DNA of 30,914 bases. It comes from a virus. Taxonomy: Duplodnaviria; Caudoviricetes. The notes beneath the pieces are model-generated. The model had not been told where the DNA came from. It saw nothing but the letters and a program-made list of their open reading frames with translations, and made no database searches. Below, one piece after another: positions 7,401-16,323 of this stretch. The stretch lies in the IMG/VR virus record IMGVR_UViG_3300028402_000011, positions 1 through 30,914 of that record; one strand, written 5' to 3'. Within the stretch, counting starts at the first letter, position 1. Each line of letters starts with the position of its first letter. A program made the position numbers and the translations under genes.

Positions 7401-10400
7401 TTATCCTAGAGCTGCAATTTCTCCTGTGTTCTTAATACGCAATGGAATGTAGATAAATTCGATTGCTTTTACTGGTTCAATTGCTATGTCTAACCAAAGC
7501 TCGTTACGATCAATTCTAGCAGGGGTGTTGTTTGATTCATCACACACTACTAGGAAGTCATACAGTGCTCTTAGACCCACCAGTTCTAGCAACAGCGCAT
7601 CTGCTGCGGCTTTGACTTGATCACGGGTGATCTTGTCATTTGGTTCAAACAGATATGGTCTTGCCAACAGTTCTAGCTGTCCTCTTAGATACACAATCAA
7701 ACGTGCTACGTTTACACGATCAAGTGCGCTTGCATTTCTAGCACGAGTTTTTTGTCCAAACACCACTAGTCCAGCACCTGCGATAAATGTAATTGGGTTG
7801 ATGTTGTTGACATATAGGGTGTCTCTTTGACCAGTGTTTAGTGCAACACTTTGGAATTCGCCTTCTGAAGTGATGTATCCACTTGCAGATGCGTTTGTAA
7901 CTCCACCGCGTCTTGTACCTGCTGGAGCAAACCAGGGGAACGCTACTTGGTCGTTGAGTACGATGGTGCGCAGTGCCATGAAGCTCGGTGGAACAACTAC
8001 GTTGTTGCCAAGGTTATCTGAAGTAAAGCCCCATGGATAATACATTGCTAGATATTCATCTCTGCTTACCGCACCATCGTCGTTGTCTTCAACTGCTAGT
8101 CTAACGTTGGTTGCCCACTCGTTAAGTGATGTAGCATCTGGTGTTAGTCTTGCAGGTGTGTCGCCTACAACAAAACCACTCAGTCGACGATCATAGTTTA
8201 GCGTAATCATTTCGCCAATCAGTTCAGGATATCCTGGTGTAGCAATCAAGTTAAACTGACGACTTTCTTCGTCGCGGATATCTTGGTTTGAATTCACCAT
8301 AGCCTGTAGTGCTTGTACAACACTCTTACGCTGTGCATGACGTCCAAAAGTGCCTGAACCATCTTGGTTATTACCACTGTCAGTTACCCAACGGGGTAGA
8401 TAGTAATCGCTCATTGACTGATCTTCTAGATCACCACTATTACCAATTACCTGGAATCGAGCATTGTCACCTGCTTGATCAATATAGTTGCGCTCAAAAC
8501 GCTTAACATTAAAGCCACTACGACGTAGATTCCATAGCAGCATACCCTTCGGATATAATGCCGGATCCGGAGCATCTGGGTCTAAGAAGTCGCTCTCAAG
8601 TAGTTCTGCAATAGTAGACGTTGGAGCAACTGTTGGACTTCCACCGTCTGTTGCTTCGCGAGCATCTGCAAACAAAACTCCGTTTTCAGTAGTTTGATCG
8701 GTCTTATCGAGCAGTACAAATTCTTCAAGCACAACATTGTAACGATAAATTATTGGATAGTTTTCAATATCTGCTGTACTAATCCAAAGATCGCCGTCAA
8801 CTAAATTGCTGCCGTTTGATTGTTCTTTAGGTTCATTAGCACTTACAATTGGCCCTGTTGGATTAGTGGTAGGATATACATTTAAATATCCCTTCCATCC
8901 ATCAGATGGTCCGTTATGAACCATAATATCAACTTCATCAATGATCGAACTATACCATAGTTCGCCATCTTCAGTTAGGCTTAATGGTTCGTCATTAGAA
9001 GGTGTATAAGTTAGGGGTTCCCAATTACTTGCAATATACTGGTTGTTAGCGTCGCCGCTTGGCGATGCATAGAGATTTGCTGTTATAGTATTTCCACTAG
9101 TTACAAAACCCATTTCGTTGAATAATAAATCCGTATCATCAATGCGGATTTCGCCGCCGATCTTATGTTGAATTACTACTCTATTTGAGCTATCAACTAG
9201 TGCGACAATATTAGTAAAGTTAGCAGCATTAATTGCTCCGGCAATAACATCTGCATCTCCTGAGCCGCCTGTTAGGCTTCCTGCGGAAATTGTAACTTTT
9301 TTCTCTACTCTTGCTGCTGAGCCTACTACAGTTTCTTCTAAGTCAAAAGAAACATCGTTTGCAGGCGAAGTGCCAGGATTTGCTGTAATTTGATTTGTAA
9401 TTTTAGCACTAACAATCTGTGTTGCGCCAACTGCTCTGCGACGGAAAATTGTAAAATTAGCAATAGCAGGGCTTACTTCATTTACGTTTGCCTTTACATA
9501 AAGATCACCTATTACTAGGTTTGATCCGCCGCCAGATCTATCTAGACCGACTAATGCTGCTTCTGGTGTAACAAATACTGGTGCACCAATGTTTTCCCAT
9601 AGTTGAGTATCGCCGTTATACTGCTTAACGCGGAAGTTTGCGCCACCGTTAGGCAATGTTGTTTTGATCCAAATACTACCAGTAGGTGCAGAATTTGTAT
9701 CTATTGCTTTAAATTCTGGAACTTGTGTGTGAGGAGCAATATCAACTCTCGGAGCACTATATGTTCCTTCTAAAATTCCCAATGCTCCGTTGTCTGACGT
9801 AGGTACAGTATCTCCTAACAGGGCGCCGGTTGCTCCGTTTAGTACAACGTCTGGACCGTTTGAATAAATTTCTAATGAGCTATTAACTACTGCTGCTGCT
9901 ATACCCGGAATGTTTCTAACGTTGATGTCTTCTGCCAGAGTTGCAAGTGTTATACCTGTTAATACAATAGGCTCATCGTTGATGATTAGCGAATCTCCAA
10001 TGTCAAGTGCTGGATTAGAAGCAGTGCCTCTTACTGCCGGCCAGCTTGCCTTCCATTCTGGAGAACCTACTCTTACCCAACTACCAGGAGTACCTGCTAG
10101 TGTGTTTGTCCCTGCTGTCTTATACCATACGTGATTTGATGTGCTTGCTGCTACAACTGCATAATCACCTACAGCACCAATTGAAGTTTTTGGAGCACTT
10201 GCAGTGTTGATAGGGTTCGAAAGATCATTTGGTTCTATTATTACTGTGCGTGGTACAGTTGAGAAGCTTTGTCCGCCGGTTGTGGTAACTGGAGCAGCGT
10301 TCCATTCTAAAATACCAAAACTAGTAATCTGTGTGTCAAACCAATAAGCACCATCAGCTGGTTCGCCGCCTGGTGCAGTAGCACTAGCCTGTAGCTTGCT

Positions 10401-10748
10401 TAGATCTAGGTCAGCACGAACAACATATGCACGATTTGATACACCCAGCAAGCTGTATGCTGTTTGAAGTCCGTACTCGTTTAGTTCGCCGCCATGGATT
10501 GGATTGTTGTTTGAGTCAGTGTAGAATACTGCGTCTCCGAAAGTTTCACCTAGCTCTCTCTGGCTGGTGATTAAGTAGGGTCGACCAGCGTTTGCTTTTA
10601 ATGTACCCTGTGCAATTCCTGTGCCGCTGCTCGATGTTTTATTCTCTGCTGAAGCAACAAAAATCATAGGTACAGTACCAGCTGCTGCCGGAGTGTAGAA
10701 GCTTTCGTCAATAACGTTTACTTCTACGCCTGGTGATACTAATGCCAT
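7401..10748 (-). CDS. gp18: Contractile tail sheath protein (gp18-like), enlarged
   Basis: N-terminal MALVSPGVEV; C-terminal WFAPAGTRRG, RDTLYVNNINPI, GQKT, SALDRVNVARL, FEPND, VVCDESNNTP, IEPVKAIEFIYI. Confidence 0.96.
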   Translation of the reverse strand: MALVSPGVEVNVIDESFYTPAAAGTVPMIFVASAENKTSSSGTGIAQGTLKANAGRPYLITSQRELGETFGDAVFYTDSNNNPIHGGELNEYGLQTAYSLLGVSNRAYVVRADLDLSKLQASATAPGGEPADGAYWFDTQITSFGILEWNAAPVTTTGGQSFSTVPRTVIIEPNDLSNPINTASAPKTSIGAVGDYAVVAASTSNHVWYKTAGTNTLAGTPGSWVRVGSPEWKASWPAVRGTASNPALDIGDSLIINDEPIVLTGITLATLAEDINVRNIPGIAAAVVNSSLEIYSNGPDVVLNGATGALLGDTVPTSDNGALGILEGTYSAPRVDIAPHTQVPEFKAIDTNSAPTGSIWIKTTLPNGGANFRVKQYNGDTQLWENIGAPVFVTPEAALVGLDRSGGGSNLVIGDLYVKANVNEVSPAIANFTIFRRRAVGATQIVSAKITNQITANPGTSPANDVSFDLEETVVGSAARVEKKVTISAGSLTGGSGDADVIAGAINAANFTNIVALVDSSNRVVIQHKIGGEIRIDDTDLLFNEMGFVTSGNTITANLYASPSGDANNQYIASNWEPLTYTPSNDEPLSLTEDGELWYSSIIDEVDIMVHNGPSDGWKGYLNVYPTTNPTGPIVSANEPKEQSNGSNLVDGDLWISTADIENYPIIYRYNVVLEEFVLLDKTDQTTENGVLFADAREATDGGSPTVAPTSTIAELLESDFLDPDAPDPALYPKGMLLWNLRRSGFNVKRFERNYIDQAGDNARFQVIGNSGDLEDQSMSDYYLPRWVTDSGNNQDGSGTFGRHAQRKSVVQALQAMVNSNQDIRDEESRQFNLIATPGYPELIGEMITLNYDRRLSGFVVGDTPARLTPDATSLNEWATNVRLAVEDNDDGAVSRDEYLAMYYPWGFTSDNLGNNVVVPPSFMALRTIVLNDQVAFPWFAPAGTRRGGVTNASASGYITSEGEFQSVALNTGQRDTLYVNNINPITFIAGAGLVVFGQKTRARNASALDRVNVARLIVYLRGQLELLARPYLFEPNDKITRDQVKAAADALLLELVGLRALYDFLVVCDESNNTPARIDRNELWLDIAIEPVKAIEFIYIPLRIKNTGEIAALG

Positions 10749-10784
10749 ATTAATTCTCCTGTTGGATAGTTCTTTATCTTACAG

Positions 10785-10792
10785 TATTTATA
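10785..10792 (-). promoter_or_regulatory. T4-type late promoter of the sheath gene
   Basis: Exact TATAAATA; SD AGGAGA at 10760-10755. Confidence 0.8.
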
Positions 10793-10859
10793 TAAACATC
10801 ATTAAAAAAGCTGATATAACTGCTGGAAAAAGGGGCTGTAAAGGTGAGCTAAATAGTAT

Positions 10860-11195
10860 ATGAGGCCGTTATGTGTTTGTGGACAGCGTCCAGCAGCTAT
10901 AAATTATGTAAAAGACGGAAAAACACACTATAGAAAAAAGTGTGAACGTTGCTTACGCAATGGCGTAGGGCATGGTATACCCAAATGGCAACTAGCAGGA
11001 TATGATAAAAAGAATCACTGTGAAAAATGCGGATTCAAATCAAAGCACTCAGAACAGTTCAATGTGTATCACATAGACGGTGATCTGGTAAACACACGGC
11101 CTAGTAATCTAAAAACCATATGTGCCAATTGCCAGCGTATTCTTCAAAAGGAAGGAGTACGCTGGCGGCAGGGAGATCTAACCCCTGACTTCTAA
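10860..11195 (+). CDS. Small Zn-finger HNH-like protein
   Basis: CxC...CxxC, CEKCGF, HIDGD...N...NLKTICANC; TAAATA at 10850-10855. Confidence 0.75.
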   Translation: MRPLCVCGQRPAAINYVKDGKTHYRKKCERCLRNGVGHGIPKWQLAGYDKKNHCEKCGFKSKHSEQFNVYHIDGDLVNTRPSNLKTICANCQRILQKEGVRWRQGDLTPDF

Positions 11196-11684
11196 ATAAG
11201 TCATTAGCCGATCAACATTAAATTCTAATTCATCCAGTGTGCCGTTATTGTCAATAGTAAAATCTGCCATCCACTGTTCAAGACTCATACTGGTAGGATC
11301 TTCTGTTGGCAAATGATCTGATCTATCTACCCAAATTGCGTAATCAAAAACGCCAGTGTTCTGCATAGCAAAGAATTCACGCTTGTTACGCAGACCGCAG
11401 TAGATATCGTGTGCGGTAAATATCTCTCTGCCCAGTCGACTTGCGTCTGGAACATTGTAGGCACAGATAGCATCGTACCATTCTGATCTGTGATTGTGTC
11501 GATCAGCATAGCATTGTTGTTCATCAGCGTATCCGTATTGATCTTTGAGTTGATCGTAGATAAAAAGTGTTGAACAAAATTGACTGCTACTTTCAAAACT
11601 ATAATCGTAACGGTCTCTGAGCATTTCACACACTGTGTCTTTACCGTGCCTACCATGGCCTATTATCAATAACTTTTTCTTCAT
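11178..11684 (-). CDS. Deoxynucleoside monophosphate kinase-like P-loop protein
   Basis: N-terminal IIGHGRHGKDT and C-terminal DFTIDNNGTLDEL; SD AAGGAG. Confidence 0.75.
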   Translation of the reverse strand: MKKKLLIIGHGRHGKDTVCEMLRDRYDYSFESSSQFCSTLFIYDQLKDQYGYADEQQCYADRHNHRSEWYDAICAYNVPDASRLGREIFTAHDIYCGLRNKREFFAMQNTGVFDYAIWVDRSDHLPTEDPTSMSLEQWMADFTIDNNGTLDELEFNVDRLMTYLEVRG

Positions 11685-11701
11685 TGCTACTCCTTTTTGT
11701 T

Positions 11702-11730
11702 ATTATACAACAAAAGGTAATCAATGTCAA
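11702..11730 (-). promoter_or_regulatory. Consensus sigma70 promoter of the kinase gene
   Basis: TTGACA (11730-11725), 17 nt, TATAAT (11707-11702). Confidence 0.9.
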
Positions 11731-11733
11731 CCA

Positions 11734-12717
11734 TTATCCAATTACAAAGGAATATCCAGTCCCGCCGGATACTGCTGTAGATACTTGTAGTTCTAGTTTT
11801 TCTAGTTCTGCTTGTGCTTCTGCTTTGAGAGTATCGCCGTTCAGCGTTGATCCGCCTTGTGGTCCTGCGATGGTGGCGAATTTCGAACGTGCTTCGCCCA
11901 GCATATACTTACACATAGCCAGTGTGTAGTCTTTGATCCATTCTCTAGCAAGATAGTCGTTGAGAAGATCTATATCTGGACGATAGTTGTAGGCATACAG
12001 CATCATAGTTTCTTCTGCTCTGGGGCGCTGTAGCAGTGTAAGTTTTTTAGTAGTAGAGTTCCATTTGAATTCAATAAACGCACCAAACATACGTCCTACC
12101 AGTTCTTGATATTGACTAAAGAAATCGTAAGTAGCCAAGCCGCCCATCTGATTTGAACTTAGTAGATAAGCATTGGTATAGGCAAGGCTAAACGGATCAA
12201 ACAAACTGCCGCCGCCACTTGCGCCGCTACTGAACAGGCTAACTCCTACAGTATCACCTGCATTTAACCCTATGTTAAAAGTAATACTGCGTTGATCAGT
12301 GTCAGTAACATAGTCTGTGCTGGTTTCACCGTTAACTTTAACTGTAACATTTTGTACGCTTAGTAGGTTGTAGTTTATGTTGAATGTTTTTTGTCCCGAG
12401 CTTGCTGTAAAACTCTGAGTGTAAATAGGGCCGCCTGCTGATGATGTGCTGGGTCTTGATCCTATCGATCTTCTAAAAATCTGTCTTACTTCCACAACTT
12501 CTCTTGGCAACACATATTCGTTTTGATCCGGCACTGTGGTCAAAAACAGATATGATTCTTGTACACTGTTATCTGATCTCTGTCTAAACTTGCCCAGCGC
12601 CTTTGACAGTGCTGTTTCGTAGTGAATAGGATCAAGTTCAACATCTACCATGCCGCCGCCGAACATTGCGAAAATGTAATCGAAAATTTCTTGTTTGCTT
12701 GTTGCTAAATCTGTCAT
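11734..12717 (-). CDS. gp13: Neck protein (gp13-like)
   Basis: MVDVELD, WIKDYTLAMCKYMLGEARSKF...GG.TLNG, typical of gp13 homologues. Start 12717 (MTDL) with SD GGAG. Confidence 0.85.
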   Translation of the reverse strand: MTDLATSKQEIFDYIFAMFGGGMVDVELDPIHYETALSKALGKFRQRSDNSVQESYLFLTTVPDQNEYVLPREVVEVRQIFRRSIGSRPSTSSAGGPIYTQSFTASSGQKTFNINYNLLSVQNVTVKVNGETSTDYVTDTDQRSITFNIGLNAGDTVGVSLFSSGASGGGSLFDPFSLAYTNAYLLSSNQMGGLATYDFFSQYQELVGRMFGAFIEFKWNSTTKKLTLLQRPRAEETMMLYAYNYRPDIDLLNDYLAREWIKDYTLAMCKYMLGEARSKFATIAGPQGGSTLNGDTLKAEAQAELEKLELQVSTAVSGGTGYSFVIG

Positions 12718-12734
12718 CAGTGTTCTCCGTACAG

Positions 12735-12749
12735 TATTTATTATAAATA
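12735..12749. promoter_or_regulatory. Back-to-back divergent late promoters
   Basis: TATTTAT-T-ATAAATA: ATAAATA on each strand, serving the gp13-like (-) and gp14-like (+) genes. Confidence 0.8.
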
Positions 12750-12754
12750 TGTAT

Positions 12755-13915
12755 ATGCCAAGAATCAGCTTATACAAACCAGAACGCGGCAATGACTACT
12801 ACTTCCTAGATCGTCAGATTCAGGAGATGTTCACAGTCGGCGGTACTGATATCAATGTTCACAAATACCTAGGTCCTGAAAATCCTGCTGAAGGTGAAGG
12901 TACTGCGGATCAGCCTACCTATGATGCTGTAAAAGAAACAAACATACAGGATCTACTGTTTTTAGAAAACAGAGATAGAAAATATGATCCGGATGTATAT
13001 TCGCACAGAGCAATCTACAATGTTCAAGACATTGATTTTGATCTCAGTCAGTTTGGTCTATTTTTAAGCAATGACACACTGTTTATGACAGTGCATATCA
13101 ACAGCATAGTAAAGACCTTGGGACGCAAGCCTCTATCGGGCGATGTAATTGAATTGCCGCATCTCAAAGACGAATATGCGCTGAACAATTATGATTTTGC
13201 TCTGAAGCGTTTTTATGTGATAGAAGACGTCAACAGATCCGCAGAAGGATTTAGCCAAACGTGGTATCCGCATCTGTACAGACTAAAATTAAAGCAGATA
13301 TACGATAGCCAAGAATACGCAGAAATATTGGATCTGCCCGCAGGCGAAGATACTGATACTACACTGCGTGATATACTGTCAACCTATGAACGAGAAATGC
13401 AGATCAGCAATGCTATAGTAGCGCAGGCAGAGGCTGACTCTCCCAAGAGTGGTTATGACATTAGTCATTATTATACTGTGTCAACAAATGACGATGGCAC
13501 TATTGACCTAAGAACCGCAGATAATGAAGAACTAGATGCTAGTGGTATCACAGTTACCACAGACGAAGTCGTCAACAGGCCAGAAAGAGAAGGCTATACA
13601 GGTTATCTTGTAGGCACAGGCGACGCTGCGCCCAACGGTGCTCCTTTTGGTTTTGGAATACAGTTTCCTAGAAACAATATGGAAGGTGATTATTTCCTAA
13701 GAACAGACTTTTTACCAAACAGAATGTTCCGCTATGATGGACAGCGTTGGGTCAAAGTAAACGATGATATACGTATGACACTGAGCAACGTACTGGAAAG
13801 ACAAACACAAAAATCCGGCTTTATCAATAATACTAAAACTAACCAAATCGGTGGCGAAACTGTTGAGGAAAGACAGAGCCTGAGCAAGGCACTTAGACCA
13901 AGGGCAGATAATTAA
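12755..13915 (+). CDS. gp14: Neck/head-closure protein (gp14-like) with C-terminal extension
   Basis: DLLFLENRDRKY, DLSQFGLF, KPLSGDVIELPH, FYVIEDV. Start at MPRISLY (12755). Confidence 0.78.
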   Translation: MPRISLYKPERGNDYYFLDRQIQEMFTVGGTDINVHKYLGPENPAEGEGTADQPTYDAVKETNIQDLLFLENRDRKYDPDVYSHRAIYNVQDIDFDLSQFGLFLSNDTLFMTVHINSIVKTLGRKPLSGDVIELPHLKDEYALNNYDFALKRFYVIEDVNRSAEGFSQTWYPHLYRLKLKQIYDSQEYAEILDLPAGEDTDTTLRDILSTYEREMQISNAIVAQAEADSPKSGYDISHYYTVSTNDDGTIDLRTADNEELDASGITVTTDEVVNRPEREGYTGYLVGTGDAAPNGAPFGFGIQFPRNNMEGDYFLRTDFLPNRMFRYDGQRWVKVNDDIRMTLSNVLERQTQKSGFINNTKTNQIGGETVEERQSLSKALRPRADN

Positions 13916-14436
13916 TGCACATATACAAATGGACACATAGAGAAACTGGCAAAGTATACATTGGTCAATCTATTCAAGAGCCTAATCGTCGTAGATTAGA
14001 ACATATTAGCAGTGCTCGTTATACTGATAAATCATACCATTTTCATAATGCTATTAAAAAATATAGCGTTGAAGCATTTGATTGGGAAGTTTTAGATTAT
14101 GCTAATAACTTAGAGCATTTAAACGAATTAGAAAAAAAATACATAAAAGAATACAACTCAATTGAAAAAGGATATAACATTCGACAAGGCGGTGATAATA
14201 AACTGCATTCGGAAGACAGCAAAAAACGTATGAGCAAAGCACAAAAAGCCGCTCATGCAAGACGTAGGAATAATGGAGGCGATGGGGGCTGGAAAAGAAG
14301 AGATGGCGGTCCTATGAAAGGAAAAACATTCTCCGAAGACCATAAAAGAAAAGTAGGTTTAGCAAATAAAGGAAAAATGAAGGGGAAAACCTGGAAACTT
14401 GTTGACGGTAAACGTGTGTGGATGGAGGTAATGTAA
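13915..14436 (+). CDS. GIY-YIG homing endonuclease with NUMOD3-like tail (Seg-like)
   Basis: HIYKW...KVYIGQS...R..EH, ELEKKYI, GYN; HSEDSKKRMS and KGKTFSEDHKRKVG repeats; AT-rich. Confidence 0.9.
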   Translation: MHIYKWTHRETGKVYIGQSIQEPNRRRLEHISSARYTDKSYHFHNAIKKYSVEAFDWEVLDYANNLEHLNELEKKYIKEYNSIEKGYNIRQGGDNKLHSEDSKKRMSKAQKAAHARRRNNGGDGGWKRRDGGPMKGKTFSEDHKRKVGLANKGKMKGKTWKLVDGKRVWMEVM

Positions 14437-15851
14437 TGTCTCAATATTTTTACGATGGACAACTAAGACGCTACACTACGCAGATGATGAGAATTCTCAG
14501 CAACTTTCCTGTAAAGGATGGTAAGGGTAACATCAAAGAAGTGCCTGTGATGTATGGCGATCTCACACGTCAGGTAGCAAACATTATTAGAGAGAACTCA
14601 GAAAACAAATTGCCCAGTGCGCCGAGAATATCAGTTTATATCACTGGGCTAGAACTTGACAAAGATAGACTAACTGATGCTACTTACACTAGATCAACCA
14701 ACATAAGAGAACGTGCCTACGATGAAAGCACTGGTGAATATCTAAATTTCCAAGGTAAAAATTATACTGTAGAACGTCTTATACCTACACCTTACTTAAT
14801 GAGGATAAACGCTGACATATGGGCGTCCAACACTGACCAAAAATTACAAATACTAGAACAGATACTGGTGCTGTTTAATCCCAGTTTAGAAATGCAGACC
14901 ACTGACAATTTTATAGACTGGACCAGTATCACAGTAGTAAACTTAGAAAACGTCACATGGTCAAATCGCAGCATACCTGTAGGTGTTGATTCAGAAATCG
15001 ACGTATCGTCGCTTACCTTTAGTATTCCAATCTATATTAGCCCTCCTACAAAAGTTAAAAAGATGGGCGTGATTACCAATGTCATTACCAGCATGTTTGA
15101 CGAAACTAGAGGCACAATTGAAAGTGGTGTTAGCGCACCAGAATTAAATCAGTATGATGACTTTGCAAGACCAGGATCTACAGTTAACGAATTTGGATCT
15201 AAGGCACAGAGTGAAGCAGCCAGTCAGATGGCCAATGTGAACTACAATACCTATGGTGTGTATTTAGAAGCCGGCAGTGCGCAGTTGATTGCGAGAGGCA
15301 TAGTTGGTAATGTCAACTGGAGAGAAATATTCGAAGCACTGCCTGATACCTATCGAGCAGACGTAAGTCGTATCTATCTAACCAGTGTCGACAATGCTAA
15401 CACAGTCACAGGCACATTTACACTGAATCCGTTCGACGAAGGTAAGATCGAAGTCAACTTTGATACTGACACATTCCCTACTGATTCAGTAATCTCAAAC
15501 AGAACCAGCATAGACTACATTATTGATCCTACTAGATTTAACCCAACTGATGTTAAGATCGCAGGACTTAGACTGTTGCTGCTGGAGGATGTAGGCAGTG
15601 TAGACGCAGTAGAAGTATCAGCAGCATGGCGCAACACAGACGGCACGGGTCTCATAGCCAGTGCTAATGATATTGTAGAATGGGACGGCGCAAAATGGAG
15701 CATAGTGTTTGATGCTAGTGCTACTACTGAACTGACCTACACTACTAATCTAAACACTGGTACACAGTATAGATACAAAGACGGCGAATGGTTCAAGAGC
15801 ATAGAAGGTGACTACCCAATCGGGACATGGCGTATTGAACTAGACGGCTAA
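14436..15851 (+). CDS. gp15: Tail terminator / sheath stabiliser (gp15-like) with C-terminal extension
   Basis: YFYDGQLRRY, VPVMYG, PRIS, PTPY, QILEQILVLFNP. Start 14436 via TAATG with SD GGAGG. Confidence 0.85.
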   Translation: MSQYFYDGQLRRYTTQMMRILSNFPVKDGKGNIKEVPVMYGDLTRQVANIIRENSENKLPSAPRISVYITGLELDKDRLTDATYTRSTNIRERAYDESTGEYLNFQGKNYTVERLIPTPYLMRINADIWASNTDQKLQILEQILVLFNPSLEMQTTDNFIDWTSITVVNLENVTWSNRSIPVGVDSEIDVSSLTFSIPIYISPPTKVKKMGVITNVITSMFDETRGTIESGVSAPELNQYDDFARPGSTVNEFGSKAQSEAASQMANVNYNTYGVYLEAGSAQLIARGIVGNVNWREIFEALPDTYRADVSRIYLTSVDNANTVTGTFTLNPFDEGKIEVNFDTDTFPTDSVISNRTSIDYIIDPTRFNPTDVKIAGLRLLLLEDVGSVDAVEVSAAWRNTDGTGLIASANDIVEWDGAKWSIVFDASATTELTYTTNLNTGTQYRYKDGEWFKSIEGDYPIGTWRIELDG

Positions 15852-15859
15852 TTATTTGT

Positions 15860-16300
15860 ATGAATGATAGAATAGTTTGTAGTGGTGCTCTCTTTTATAC
15901 ACTGGACACCAATCGGTTTTTGTTTTTACATCGCAGTCAAGGTAAACGATCTAATCTTTGGGGTCTAGTTGGTGGCACTAACGAAGGCTGCGAAACTCCG
16001 TGGGAAGGCCTACAGAGAGAAATACGAGAAGAAATCGGCGATCTCCCTAAGATCAAAAAAACACTTCCTCTAGAAAGTTTTGTGAGCACAGACGAAAAGT
16101 TCTATTTTCACACTTACCTCTGTGTTATAGAACATGAATTTATACCCGTTCTAAACTGCGAACACGACGGTTATGCGTGGTGTAGTTTTAACAAGTGGCC
16201 CAAGCCCTTACACCACGGTCTTAAAAACACACTTCAAAGCAAAGTTAATCTGCGTAAACTTGAAACTGTGTTTTTAACTATAAATTTACTTGACAATTAA
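15860..16300 (+). CDS. NUDIX hydrolase
   Basis: Nudix box GGTNEGCETPWEGLQREIREEIG; EHDGYAW. Confidence 0.9.
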   Translation: MNDRIVCSGALFYTLDTNRFLFLHRSQGKRSNLWGLVGGTNEGCETPWEGLQREIREEIGDLPKIKKTLPLESFVSTDEKFYFHTYLCVIEHEFIPVLNCEHDGYAWCSFNKWPKPLHHGLKNTLQSKVNLRKLETVFLTINLLDN

Positions 16301-16318
16301 CACAATTTGTTATATAAT
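16290..16318 (+). promoter_or_regulatory. Consensus sigma70 promoter of the heptose operon
   Basis: TTGACA (16290-16295), 17 nt, TATAAT (16313-16318); ATG follows after 5 nt. Confidence 0.9.
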
Positions 16319-16323
16319 ACAGT

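Noticed and set aside
12695-12792. Overlapping N-terminal extensions of the gp13-like and gp14-like ORFs in the track
   Set aside because: Starts at 12717 and 12755 remove the overlap and fit the SD and promoter positions.
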